From contig JANPEN010000088.1 of the NCBI GenBank assembly GCA_031422955.1, positions 1-40,380 of the forward strand: a stretch of DNA of 40,380 nucleotides, given 5' to 3'. The notes under the pieces are model-generated. The model was not told where the DNA came from and ran no database searches. It worked only from the letters and a program-made list of their open reading frames with translations. Shown here piece after piece: positions 16,896 to 25,977 of the stretch. Both the position numbers and the translations under genes were made by a program. The first letter of the stretch is position 1; each line of letters begins with the position of its first letter. Origin of the DNA: Acidimicrobiia bacterium. GTDB lineage: Bacteria; Actinomycetota; Acidimicrobiia; Acidimicrobiales; CAIXPF01.

Positions 16896-18402
16896 GGGCG
16901 GCGACCAGGGCGGTGGCGGTTTGGGCCGCACCCCGCCCGGCGATGCGTCCGAAGGTGGCCCCCCGCATCAGGCCAGACCCGGCCGCGTAGTTGTGGAAGA
17001 AGAATCCTCCGGCGATCTCACCGGTAGCGAACAAGCCCTCCATGGGCTCACCCACGTTATCGATGACCTGAGCGTGGCGATCGATCCGTAAACCGCCGTA
17101 GGTGAAGGTGATCCCGCAGGTGACGGCGTAGGCCACGAAGGGAGCGCTATCCAAGGTGATGGCCCAGTTCGACTTGGCCGGCTGACCGGGGGCGTCGGCC
17201 CGCACCCCGTCCTTCGCGAAAGCGTCGAACCCGGACCCGTCGTCACAGGCGGCGTTGAACTCCGCCACGGTAGTGGCCAACCCGTCGGCAGAGATGCCCA
17301 GCTTGGCGGCCAGATCTTCCAGCGTGTCCGCCTCCACCGGGATGCCGGTGGCGTAGCGGGGCTCCAGCAGATGGATCGTCTTTTGATCAAAGATCTGCCA
17401 TCCTCGGGCGCCGTTCTGGGCCCGGATGGCCCAACCGGTCTTGGCGTATGTCAGCCACACCTCGTCCTCACCCTCATCGACAAAACGGCGACCGTCGCGG
17501 TCCACCAGAAGGCAATAGGGGTAGGAGTAGCGGCTCATCCGGTCGGTCAGGGACAGCTCGCCCACGTCGGGGGCGTGGGCGTCGAGGGGTGAGGCGTGGG
17601 CGCCGCCCCAGTGCCCCGCCGGCGCCGCCCCCGCGGCCAGGGCCTGCATGAGCATTGTCCCCTGGTTGAAACGGGTACCGCGCACCTTGACCAGGTCCCA
17701 CCCGGCGCCCAGGTAGCGCAGCCGCAGCTCGGGGTTGGACTCGAAACCGCCACAGGCCAACACCACCGCACCGGCCCGCAGATCCTCAAAAGCGTCGCGA
17801 CCCCGGACTCGCACCCCCACGCAGCGCGACCCTTCCATGAGCAGCTCCTGCACCGGGCAGTCGTAACGCAGCTCGATACCGGCCGTCTCGGCCGCGTTGA
17901 ACAGGTCGTACATCAGCCCGATGCCCTCGTTGGTGGCCCGCACGGCGCCGCCCGGGGGAACCGCGTAGCGCTCCCCGGCCGGCAACTGGGCCGGGTCGAA
18001 CAGCTTGTCCACGACCAGCTCCCAACGCACCCCGTAGCCCTGCATCCAGGCCATGGTTTCGTAGGAGGTGTCGATCAGGGTGCTGATGAGCTCGGGGTCG
18101 GAGCGGCCCTGGCAGACCAGGTCGATGTCTCCAGAGAAGCGGGCCGGCTCATAGGGGGCCACCGTGACCCGGTCCACCCAGCGGGCGCCCTCCTCGCTGA
18201 GCAGGGGCTGGAGATGGTCCAGACCACCATGAGCGAAACGGAAGATCCCGCCGGAAAAGCGGCTGTTGCCACCCCGGAGTTCCTTGGGCGCTGCTTCGAG
18301 CACGGTCACCCGGGCGCCGAGCTCCCGAGCTTGCAGGGCGGCAGTCAACGCCGCATTGCCTGCTCCCACCACGATCACGTCGGCCACCGGTGCGCTGTCC
18401 AT
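16888..18402 (-). CDS. FAD-binding dehydrogenase, tricarballylate dehydrogenase TcuA-like (fumarate-reductase flavoprotein fold)
   Basis: 504 aa with VIVVGAGNAALTAALQARELGARVTVLEAAPKELRGGNS, ACGGFESN, RGTRFNQG, DEGEDE, ITFTYGGL and TFGRIAG. As far as I recall the TcuA sequence, these match that family. Confidence 0.8.
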   Translation of the reverse strand: MDSAPVADVIVVGAGNAALTAALQARELGARVTVLEAAPKELRGGNSRFSGGIFRFAHGGLDHLQPLLSEEGARWVDRVTVAPYEPARFSGDIDLVCQGRSDPELISTLIDTSYETMAWMQGYGVRWELVVDKLFDPAQLPAGERYAVPPGGAVRATNEGIGLMYDLFNAAETAGIELRYDCPVQELLMEGSRCVGVRVRGRDAFEDLRAGAVVLACGGFESNPELRLRYLGAGWDLVKVRGTRFNQGTMLMQALAAGAAPAGHWGGAHASPLDAHAPDVGELSLTDRMSRYSYPYCLLVDRDGRRFVDEGEDEVWLTYAKTGWAIRAQNGARGWQIFDQKTIHLLEPRYATGIPVEADTLEDLAAKLGISADGLATTVAEFNAACDDGSGFDAFAKDGVRADAPGQPAKSNWAITLDSAPFVAYAVTCGITFTYGGLRIDRHAQVIDNVGEPMEGLFATGEIAGGFFFHNYAAGSGLMRGATFGRIAGRGAAQTATALVAAHD

Positions 18403-18580
18403 GCCGGCACGCTATTCGATCCCTCGCCGTGGCGGGCGGCCTGGCCCTCGGCCCCGCCGATTAGGGTCGGCGACCATGCTTTTTGGACCGGTTGCCGGAC
18501 CCGGTCGGCCCTCGCCCGGTGGGTGGTCGCACGGTGGGTGGTTGGGCGGCCTGGTACATAGGAGTTTCTCCGGTGACGAA

Positions 18581-19660
18581 ATGGCGGGGTTTGCATCGAC
18601 GGCGGGCGACGGAACCCCGGCTAACCGAGACGCCGTCATGATCAGCAGGGATCCCGGCGGCGGCGGGTCGGAGCGCCTGCGCCTGCGGGTGGAGATCGAA
18701 CGGGTACATCGACTGCGCTTCGACGATGGGTCCCCGGTCCGGGCGGCGTCGGGCCTGGCTCGTCTGGGTGAGGGCTGGCTGGTGGTGCAAGACGACGCCA
18801 ACCACGCGGCCTGGTGCCACCGGGGCGGGGTCCAGCGGCTGCGGATCTTTCCGACCCTCGACGGCCTCGACCACTTCGGTGAGGCCGACGCCACCAAGCA
18901 CCTCAAGGCCGACCTCGAGGCCGCCTGCGAGCTGCAGGTCGCCGGTGAGCCGGCGGTGTTGGTGTTCGGTTCCGGCTCCAGCCCGCTGCGCGCGCGGGTG
19001 GCGCTGGTTCGCCCGGGCGATGGCGATCCAGCCGTGTTGGTGGCCGAACTCGACGGGCTCTATGCCGCCTTGGCCGACGCCCTGGGGGTCGGCCTGGAGG
19101 AAATCAACGTCGAGGGGGCCTGTTGGCGGGGCCAGCACATCCGGCTGTTCAACCGGGGCAACCGGCGTCGAGGGGCGGCCTCTGCCAGTGCCGATGTCGC
19201 CGTGGCCGACCTCCTGGCCGCCTTCGATGCGGCAGCCAACGCAGGCGGTGCCGCTCGGCCGATGCCCGCACCCGATCGGACCTACCCCGCGGTGGTGGCG
19301 TGGCCACTGGCCGTGGACAACGTCCGCCGTTATGACCTGGGAACCATCGAGGGTGTGGGGCTGTCGGTGACCGACGCCCTGTGGTTGCCCGACGGGCGCA
19401 TCGTGGTGAGTGCCGCCGCCGAGGACTCCGGCAACAACATCGACGACGGCCCCGTCACCGGCGCTGCTCTGGCGCTGTTCGATGGTGCGCAACGCTTGGC
19501 CGTGGCCACGCTGCCGACCGTGTCCGGCCGGGTAGCCAAGCTCGAGGGCATTGCCCTGCTGGAAACACTGGTCGACGGCTTCCGCTTGCTCGGCGTGGTC
19601 GACGACGACGATCCAACCCAAGCATCGCTGCAACTGGTGCTGCGGCTACGTCTGGACTGA
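18581..19660 (+). CDS. conserved hypothetical protein, probably a beta-rich repeat fold
   Basis: High GC3 and protein-like composition on the + strand, whereas the antisense ORF looks like a shadow. Start uncertain: ATG 18581 is chosen, ATG 18476 is possible, and the ORF-track start at 18266 lies inside the divergent TcuA-like gene. No motif I can name with confidence. Confidence 0.55.
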   Translation: MAGFASTAGDGTPANRDAVMISRDPGGGGSERLRLRVEIERVHRLRFDDGSPVRAASGLARLGEGWLVVQDDANHAAWCHRGGVQRLRIFPTLDGLDHFGEADATKHLKADLEAACELQVAGEPAVLVFGSGSSPLRARVALVRPGDGDPAVLVAELDGLYAALADALGVGLEEINVEGACWRGQHIRLFNRGNRRRGAASASADVAVADLLAAFDAAANAGGAARPMPAPDRTYPAVVAWPLAVDNVRRYDLGTIEGVGLSVTDALWLPDGRIVVSAAAEDSGNNIDDGPVTGAALALFDGAQRLAVATLPTVSGRVAKLEGIALLETLVDGFRLLGVVDDDDPTQASLQLVLRLRLD

Positions 19661-19733
19661 GGTATCTACAATCAGCCAATCTGGATTCACGAGCGTTTGA
19701 TTCCCAAATGAAGGTAAGCGGCGCCGGCAGGCG

Positions 19734-20937
19734 TCATTGGACCGGGTAACGCAGGGGCAACATGCGGGGGCCGCGGACCTGGCCGCCGGCGAAGGTCACC
19801 TCGCCTTGGGGATCGAGGACGAAGTCGGGCAAGGCGGCTAGCCATTCCTCGACGGCGACCTTCATCTCCATGCGAGCCAGGTTGGAGCCAGCACAGCGGT
19901 GCACGCCCACTCCGAAGGCCACGTGGCGGTTGTGGGCGCGCTCGATGATGACCTCATCGGCCCGTTCGAACTGGGCCGGGTCGCGGTTGGCGGCGGGGAA
20001 GGGCAACAACACCCGGTCTCCGGCGTGGATGGTGCGCCCGCCGATCTCGGTGTCCACCGTGGCGATGCGAGCCATGGTCACTGGTCCATAGGCCCGCAGG
20101 AACTCCTCCACCGCCGACTCGATGAGCTCGGGCTGGGCCACCAGGCGGGCCCGGTCTTCAGGGTGGGTGGCCAGATGCAACAGGGCGGATCCAATGGAGG
20201 ACCAGGTGGTGTCGATCCCGGCCACCAGCAACAAGGTGATGGTGCCGACCACATGACCGTCGCGCAGCGGGGCGCCGTCCACCTCTTGGTCCAAAAGAAA
20301 CGAGGTGATGTCGTCCTGACGCTGTTGCTTGCGGCTCTCCAACAGACCGTAGAAATAGGTGAGCATCTCCTTGCGGGCTGAGAGGCGGCGCTCCGGGTCG
20401 ATGGGGCCGTTCTCCAACACGGCCCTGACCCATTCGACGAACATCTCAGTGTCCTCGTAGGGCACCCCGATGACCTCAGCGATGATGCGGGGCGGGATCT
20501 GCTGGGCGTACTCGACGGCGGCGTCGGCGTGGGAGCGGCCGGAGGCGGTGATGGCGGCCATCAACTGCTGGCAGAGTTCACGGGTGAAAACCTCGTAGCG
20601 GTCCACGGCCCGGGGCGAGAAGTAGGGCAGGATCAGCCGGCGATGCCAGGTGTGGTCGGGCGGGTCCGAAGTGGGGCGAGGCGGGCTGGCGTTCCAGACC
20701 TTCGAAGGGCAACACCCCCACCTCACGAGACGAAAAGCGTTGCGTGTCGTACGCAATGGTGACGATGTCCTCATACCGGGTGGGCAGCCAGGCGCCCCCC
20801 CATCGCTCGGTGCGGGCCAGGGGGCTGGTCTGACGCAACTCGGCGTACACGGCCGACGGATCGGCCGTGAAGGACGGGTCGAGCACGTCGAAATCGTTGG
20901 CCCAGTCGGCTACCGCAGGTCGTTCGGAAACGGTCAT
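19734..20937 (-). pseudogene. cytochrome P450, frameshifted (or carrying a sequencing error)
   Basis: The N-terminal ~80 aa (MTVSERPAVADWANDFDVLDPSF...YDTQRFSSREVGV) lie in the frame of ORF 20578..21453. The remainder (PPDHTWHRRLILPYFSP ... FGVGVHRCAGSNLARME) lies in ORF 19734..20774. The span is 1204 nt, which is not a multiple of 3. An AAGGA RBS precedes ATG 20937. This is a paralogue of the intact P450 at 34471..35730. Confidence 0.75.
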
Positions 20938-21092
20938 CGGACAATCCTTTTCTGGCCGGACAACACCCCGGTTGGCGAGACAGCTCCCGCCATTCTCGCA
21001 CAGCAGACCGTCATTCCCACCCCTTGGCAACACCAGCCAGTTAACGGGGCAGGCGTGGTCCGCGGCCGCAATAGCGTCCGCCGCAACGGAGC

Positions 21093-21113
21093 CCCGCGAG
21101 CGAAGATCGCGGG
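21093..21113 (-). terminator. hairpin downstream of trmL (weak terminator candidate)
   Basis: CCCGCGA-gcgaaga-TCGCGGG forms a 7-bp stem 24 nt after the trmL stop. There is no U-tract. Confidence 0.3.
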
Positions 21114-21136
21114 CCCTGTTCCTGGCCGAGTCTCGC

Positions 21137-21703
21137 TCACCCGTCCGGCTCGCCGTCGAAGGCGGTCGAGGCCAACGATTCCGCCAGCGAGTTCGGTGGC
21201 CTGGCCGGGGACCCGACACCGTCGCCATCACGGGCGCCGGCGCCGGCGAAGCCGAGCTGACGCCAACCTTCGTAGAGCACAACGGCCACCGCATTGGCCA
21301 GGTTGAGACTGCGATTGGCGGGCCGCATGGGAATGGCCAGGCGGCGATCGGGCGCGAAGCCGGCCAGCACATGCTCGGCCAGGCCGCCGCGCTCTGCCCC
21401 GAACACGACCACATCGTCGGCCTGGTAACAGACTTCGTCGTAGCGCCGCTCACCGCGGGACGACAGGGCGAAGCAACGCCCCATCGTGTTGCTCAGCGCA
21501 GCCAGGCAGGTACCCAGATCGGCATGGACCCGGACCTTGGCCAGCTCGTGGTAGTCGAGGCCGGCCCGGCGCAGGTTGCGCTCCGCCAGGTCGAACCCGA
21601 GTGGCTCGACCAGGTGCAACCCGGCGCCGGTGTTGGCGCACAATCGGATGATGTTGCCGGTATTGGCCGCGATCTCCGGCGCATTCAACACAACCTGCAG
21701 CAC
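21137..21703 (-). CDS. trmL: tRNA (cytidine/uridine-2'-O)-methyltransferase TrmL (SpoU/TrmH family)
   Basis: (M)LQVVLNAPEIAANTGNIIRLCANTGAGLHLVEPLGF...LRRAGLDYH...RSLNLANAVAVVLYEGWRQLGF parallels E. coli TrmL from its first residue. GTG 21703 is chosen as start. GTG 21712 or 21841 are possible but would add non-homologous sequence. Confidence 0.8.
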   Translation of the reverse strand: MLQVVLNAPEIAANTGNIIRLCANTGAGLHLVEPLGFDLAERNLRRAGLDYHELAKVRVHADLGTCLAALSNTMGRCFALSSRGERRYDEVCYQADDVVVFGAERGGLAEHVLAGFAPDRRLAIPMRPANRSLNLANAVAVVLYEGWRQLGFAGAGARDGDGVGSPARPPNSLAESLASTAFDGEPDG

Positions 21704-21968
21704 GTCCGGCACGCTACACAGCCGTGTAAGGCCGCCGAGGGGCCCACCTCGACCGGGGCCGACACGTCGTCCCGCCCCAACATACCCACAAGTGTGGAAA
21801 TGAAAGCATCCGAGCCGCCCGCGGCCTCGACTTTGGGACACAGAAAGATATGAAAGTTATTAATATGCCGCTAACCCGGGCTGATTTCTGCAGCCGACCC
21901 CCGGCAAAGACCCGAAAGCTCGACACTGGGCGACCGTGCCACCACTCCATGTCGACGCTTTCTCGACG

Positions 21969-22003
21969 TACTGTTCGGTATGTGCAAGAAAACCGCCCAA
22001 GTC
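21969..22003 (+). promoter_or_regulatory. candidate -10 box plus conserved 21-nt core, copy B, upstream of the DUF2510/RDD gene
   Basis: TACTGT-tcggtatg-TGCAAGAAAACCGCCCAAGTC, with the core ending 60 nt before ATG 22063. The architecture matches the minus-strand copy at 1212-1246. Confidence 0.35.
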
Positions 22004-22062
22004 CAAAAGCTGGGTCCCCGGAACCATCTACGGTGGCGACGCCCCAACCAAGGAGAGCCAAC

Positions 22063-22911
22063 ATGGCCGAAAGCGGCTGGTATCCCGACCCCAACAGCGG
22101 CGAACTCGAGCGCTACTGGGATGGCAACGCCTGGAGCACCTCCACCCGCCCCCGCGCCGCGGCCGAGCCGGTGTACCCGGCCGCCCCGGTTTATCCCGCC
22201 GCCCCGACCTATCAAGCCGACCCGGCGGTTCAAGCCGACCCGGGCTACCCGGCCGCCCCCAGCTACCAACCCAACCCCGGTTACGGCGTCGATCCCGGCT
22301 ATCCCGCTGCCCCGACTTACCAACCCAACCCCGGCTACTCAGCCCCGCCCGGCTATCCGGCCGCTCCCGCCAACCAGGGCTACCAGGCCTATCCGGGCCC
22401 ACAGCAGACTGGTCAGTACGTACCCTTTGGTACGCAGGCCCAAGTGGGAACGGTGGGCGCCACTTGGGGGCGACGATTTCTGGCCTATTTGATCGACGCG
22501 GCCATCGGTGGGGTGCCACTCGCCATCGCCTACGCCATCTTCGTTGTCACCCTCACCGCCAGTTCGGCTAGCGACAACGGTGGCCCCGCCGCCATCGGCC
22601 TTCTGGTCGTGGCCGTGGGCGGGCTGTGGGCGGTCGGGTTTTTCATCTACAACGTGCTGATCCGCCAGGGCAACACTGGCCAGACCATCGGCAAGTCCAA
22701 GATCGGCCTCCGGCTCGTCACGGAAGCCACCGGCTCGCCCCCAGGCCTTGGCATGTCTTTGGCCCGGTACTTCGCCGCCTCTGCGGTCAGCAGCCTGACC
22801 TGTGGGATCTTCGGGGTGCTGGACTACCTGTGGCCGTTGTGGGATCCCCGTCGCCAGCGCATCGTGGACAAGTGGTTCCACCTCATGGTGGTGGACCTCA
22901 AACAAGGCTGA
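22063..22911 (+). CDS. DUF2510 / proline-rich repeat / RDD-family membrane protein
   Basis: AGGAGAG RBS followed by ATG 22063. The N-terminus GWYPDPNSGELERYWDGNAWS is the DUF2510 motif. Degenerate YPAAP-x-YQ-x-(N/D)PG repeats follow. The C-terminal domain has WGRRFLAYLIDA, three TM helices and DxxxxT (RDD). Confidence 0.85.
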   Translation: MAESGWYPDPNSGELERYWDGNAWSTSTRPRAAAEPVYPAAPVYPAAPTYQADPAVQADPGYPAAPSYQPNPGYGVDPGYPAAPTYQPNPGYSAPPGYPAAPANQGYQAYPGPQQTGQYVPFGTQAQVGTVGATWGRRFLAYLIDAAIGGVPLAIAYAIFVVTLTASSASDNGGPAAIGLLVVAVGGLWAVGFFIYNVLIRQGNTGQTIGKSKIGLRLVTEATGSPPGLGMSLARYFAASAVSSLTCGIFGVLDYLWPLWDPRRQRIVDKWFHLMVVDLKQG

Positions 22912-23027
22912 CCGGCACCGGGCGGGGCGCCAAGGGACGCGACCGGCTGCCGCACGAGTAAGGTGGCGTCAAAACGCGGGCTCGTTTCGTGGGGTACGGC
23001 CGAGAACCTGCTGGTTGGGGGAACGAT

Positions 23028-24212
23028 ATGCCTGCCACACTCGATGCACCGGTCAACGCGGTCGCCGAACGAATTGTCTCAGCCGATTCTCACATCACCG
23101 AGCCGCCCAACTGCTACATCGATTACATCGACCCGGCCTACCGGGACGAGGCGCCCCACGTCGTACACAGCGAGACCAAGGGTGACCTGTTCATCATCCC
23201 CGGCATGAAGCCCATCCCGGTGGGCCCGCTCTCCGCCGCCGGCATCCCGAGCGACCAGCTCAGGACCGCGACGGGCCGGCGCTTCGAGGATCTCCACCCT
23301 TCGGGCTGGGACCCTGCCACCCGCGCCGCGGACCAGGCCCGAGACGGGCTCATCGGGGAGATCCTGTATCCGTCGGTCGGCATGCTGATCTGCAACCACA
23401 AGGACAACCAGTACAAGCAGGCCTGCATGATGGCCTACAACCGCTGGATTTCCGAGTTCTGCGCGGCGGACCCCAGCCGGCTCTTCGGCCTCGGCCAAAG
23501 CGCCCTGCTCAGCGTTGAAGAGGGCATTGCCGACCTGGTCCGCATGAAGGAGATGGGCCTCAAGGGCATCATGATGCCGGGCTTCCCGGGCGACGCCTAC
23601 AACGGCAACACGCCCGACTACCACGACGAGTACTGGGATCCGTTCTACCGGGCTTCGGTCGAGCTGCGCATGCCCATCAGCTTCCACATCCTCACCATGG
23701 GCGGCCAGCGCCACCGCGGGCCCAAGATCGCAAGTTTCCTGTCCATCATCCGGGGCAACCAAGACGTCATCGCCATGTTCGTGTTGGGCGGGGTGTTCGA
23801 GCGGGTGCCCGAACTCAAGGTGGTCTGCTCCGAGGCCGATGCCGGCTGGATCCCCCATTTCATGTATCGCATGGACCACGCGGTGGACCGTGAAGGGGGG
23901 ATCATGGGCTACAAGCGGCTGTCGAAAATGCCCTCGGAGTTCTGCTTGGACAACGTGCGCCTCACCTTCCAAGACGATTGGGTGGCGTTCAAGATGTGCC
24001 GCCTCGACGACAGCCCCATGCACAAGATGTTGACCTGGGCCAACGATTTCCCCCATCTAGATTCCACCTGGCCCTGGAGCCAGGACCTGTTGCGGGAGCA
24101 CACTGCTCACCTCAGCCAAACCGAGCTGCAAGCCATCCTCCACGACAACCTGGCCGAGCTCTACGACCTGCCCACCTCACCCGCCGTTTCCAGCCCCACC
24201 CCTGCTGCCTGA
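23028..24212 (+). CDS. amidohydrolase-2 (ACMSD/TIM-barrel metal hydrolase) family protein
   Basis: ATG 23028 follows a GGGGGAA RBS. IVSADSHITEP, WDPFY, ISFHI and a conserved Asp near the C-terminus (ANDFPH) are typical of PF04909-type enzymes. Confidence 0.85.
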   Translation: MPATLDAPVNAVAERIVSADSHITEPPNCYIDYIDPAYRDEAPHVVHSETKGDLFIIPGMKPIPVGPLSAAGIPSDQLRTATGRRFEDLHPSGWDPATRAADQARDGLIGEILYPSVGMLICNHKDNQYKQACMMAYNRWISEFCAADPSRLFGLGQSALLSVEEGIADLVRMKEMGLKGIMMPGFPGDAYNGNTPDYHDEYWDPFYRASVELRMPISFHILTMGGQRHRGPKIASFLSIIRGNQDVIAMFVLGGVFERVPELKVVCSEADAGWIPHFMYRMDHAVDREGGIMGYKRLSKMPSEFCLDNVRLTFQDDWVAFKMCRLDDSPMHKMLTWANDFPHLDSTWPWSQDLLREHTAHLSQTELQAILHDNLAELYDLPTSPAVSSPTPAA

Positions 24213-24229
24213 GCGAAGGAAAAACTTCA

Positions 24230-25906
24230 ATGGCCTATGACCTCAAGATCACCGGCGGCACCATCGTCGACGGAACCAAGGCACCCCGCTTCGTGGGCGA
24301 TGTCGGCATCAAGGGCGGCAAGGTGGTGGCACTGGGCAACGCCCCCGAAGAGGCGACCCGCACCATCAATGCCACCGGCCGGGTGGTCAGCCCCGGCTTC
24401 GTGGACATCCACACCCACTACGACGCCCAGATCATCTGGGACCAGCTGGTCAGCTGCTCGCCTTGGCACGGGGTGACCACGGTGGTCATGGGCAACTGCG
24501 GGTTCTCGGTGGCCCCCACCCGGCCCATGCATCGCGACCTGATCATGCGCACGCTGGAAAACGTCGAGGGCATGAGCGTGGCCGCCCTCAAGGCCGGACT
24601 CAGCATGGAGTGGCCCTTCGAGACCTTCCCCGAGTATCTCGACGTGGTCGAGGCCAGGGGATGCGCGGTGAACGTGGCCGCGCTGCTGGGTCACACCGCC
24701 CTGCGCATGTACGTGATGGGTGAAGACGCCGTCGAGCGCGAAGCCACCCCAGAGGAGATCGCCGCCCAGAAGGCCATCTTGCGTGAGGGCTTGGAGGCGG
24801 GGGCACTCGGCTTCGCCACCTCCAAGGCCAACACCCACATCGGCTACGACGGCAAGCCGGTCCCTTCCCGCATCGCCAGCAAGGAAGAGATCTACGCCAT
24901 CGCCGAGGCGTTGGGCGAAGTCGAAAACGCGGTCATGCAAGCCACCGTGGGTCGGGGACTTTCCCACGACGAGTTCGCCCACATCGCAGAGATCACCGGC
25001 AAAGCAGTGAGCTGGACAGCGTTGCTTTCCGGCCAGCCCCGGCAGGACTACCGGGTCGAGCTGGCCCGGGCGGCAGAGATCCAGGCCCGCGGCCTTCGGG
25101 TGTTTCCGCAGGTGGCGGTACAACCGGTGCAGTTCGAGATGAACTGGAAGGCGCCCTTCATCTACGAGGCGCTGAGCTGCTTCAAGCCCGTTTCAGCCGC
25201 CGATCTCGATGGTCGCAAGGCGCTCTACGCCGATCCCGACTGGCGAGCCAGCTTCAAGGCGAAGGCCGGCCAAGGCGGCATCATCTACGACCGCTGGGAG
25301 CGCACCACCGTGTCCTACTACCCCAGCGACACCTCCTTCGAGGGACGCAACGTACAAGAGCTGGCCGACCATATGGGCCAGGATCCCGTCGACGTGATGA
25401 TGGACATGGCGCTGGACGCCGACCTGGACATGCGCATCACCCAAGACGTCGTCAACTACAACCGCGATGACATCCAGGCCCTACTGGCCGACCCCACCAC
25501 GGTAATCGGCCTGTCCGACGCCGGGGCACACGCCAGCCAGCTTTGCGACGCCAAGTACTCCACGGAGTTCCTCTCCACCTTCATCCGTGAACGGGAAGCG
25601 TTTACCTTGGAAGAGGGCGTGCACATGCTCACCCAGCGCCCAGCGCAGGTGTTCGGCATCACCGACCGCGGCACCCTTGAGGTGGGCAAGCCCGCCGACG
25701 TGGTGGTGTTCGACTCGGCTGAGGTCGGCCACCTCGGCAAGCGCCGGGTGTACGACCTGCCCGGTGGCGCCGATCGCATCATCTCCGACGCCAAGGGCAT
25801 CAACGCAGTGGTCGTCAACGGCACCGTCATCCGCCAGGAAGGCGTGGACCAGGTCTCCCCCGGCACCAAACTCCCCGGCGCCCTGCTGAGAAACGGCCAC
25901 GCGTAG
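24230..25906 (+). CDS. N-acyl-D-amino-acid deacylase (D-aminoacylase) family amidohydrolase
   Basis: AAGGAA RBS followed by ATG 24230. MAYDLKITGGTIVDGTKAPRFVGDVGIKGGKVVALG, PGFVDIHTHYD and LSDAGAH. The ORF-track start at 23978 overlaps the upstream gene. Confidence 0.85.
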   Translation: MAYDLKITGGTIVDGTKAPRFVGDVGIKGGKVVALGNAPEEATRTINATGRVVSPGFVDIHTHYDAQIIWDQLVSCSPWHGVTTVVMGNCGFSVAPTRPMHRDLIMRTLENVEGMSVAALKAGLSMEWPFETFPEYLDVVEARGCAVNVAALLGHTALRMYVMGEDAVEREATPEEIAAQKAILREGLEAGALGFATSKANTHIGYDGKPVPSRIASKEEIYAIAEALGEVENAVMQATVGRGLSHDEFAHIAEITGKAVSWTALLSGQPRQDYRVELARAAEIQARGLRVFPQVAVQPVQFEMNWKAPFIYEALSCFKPVSAADLDGRKALYADPDWRASFKAKAGQGGIIYDRWERTTVSYYPSDTSFEGRNVQELADHMGQDPVDVMMDMALDADLDMRITQDVVNYNRDDIQALLADPTTVIGLSDAGAHASQLCDAKYSTEFLSTFIREREAFTLEEGVHMLTQRPAQVFGITDRGTLEVGKPADVVVFDSAEVGHLGKRRVYDLPGGADRIISDAKGINAVVVNGTVIRQEGVDQVSPGTKLPGALLRNGHA

Positions 25907-25918
25907 CCGATCATTTTG

Positions 25919-25964
25919 GAGAGGGCCCTCGCTGCTTCGGTGGCGGGGGTCCTCTCGGCCTTTT
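25919..25964 (+). terminator. candidate intrinsic terminator after the D-aminoacylase gene
   Basis: GAGAGGGCCC (25919-25928) pairs with GGGGUCCUCUC (25947-25956), giving 10 bp including one G-U, followed by GGCCTTTTCGG. Confidence 0.4.
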
Positions 25965-25977
25965 CGGCAACCTTGAT

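Noticed and set aside
20680-20720. Programmed ribosomal frameshift in the P450 gene.
   Set aside because: There is no slippery heptamer or downstream structure. P450s are not known to use recoding, and the intact paralogue has a single frame. A mutation or homopolymer sequencing error is the simpler explanation.
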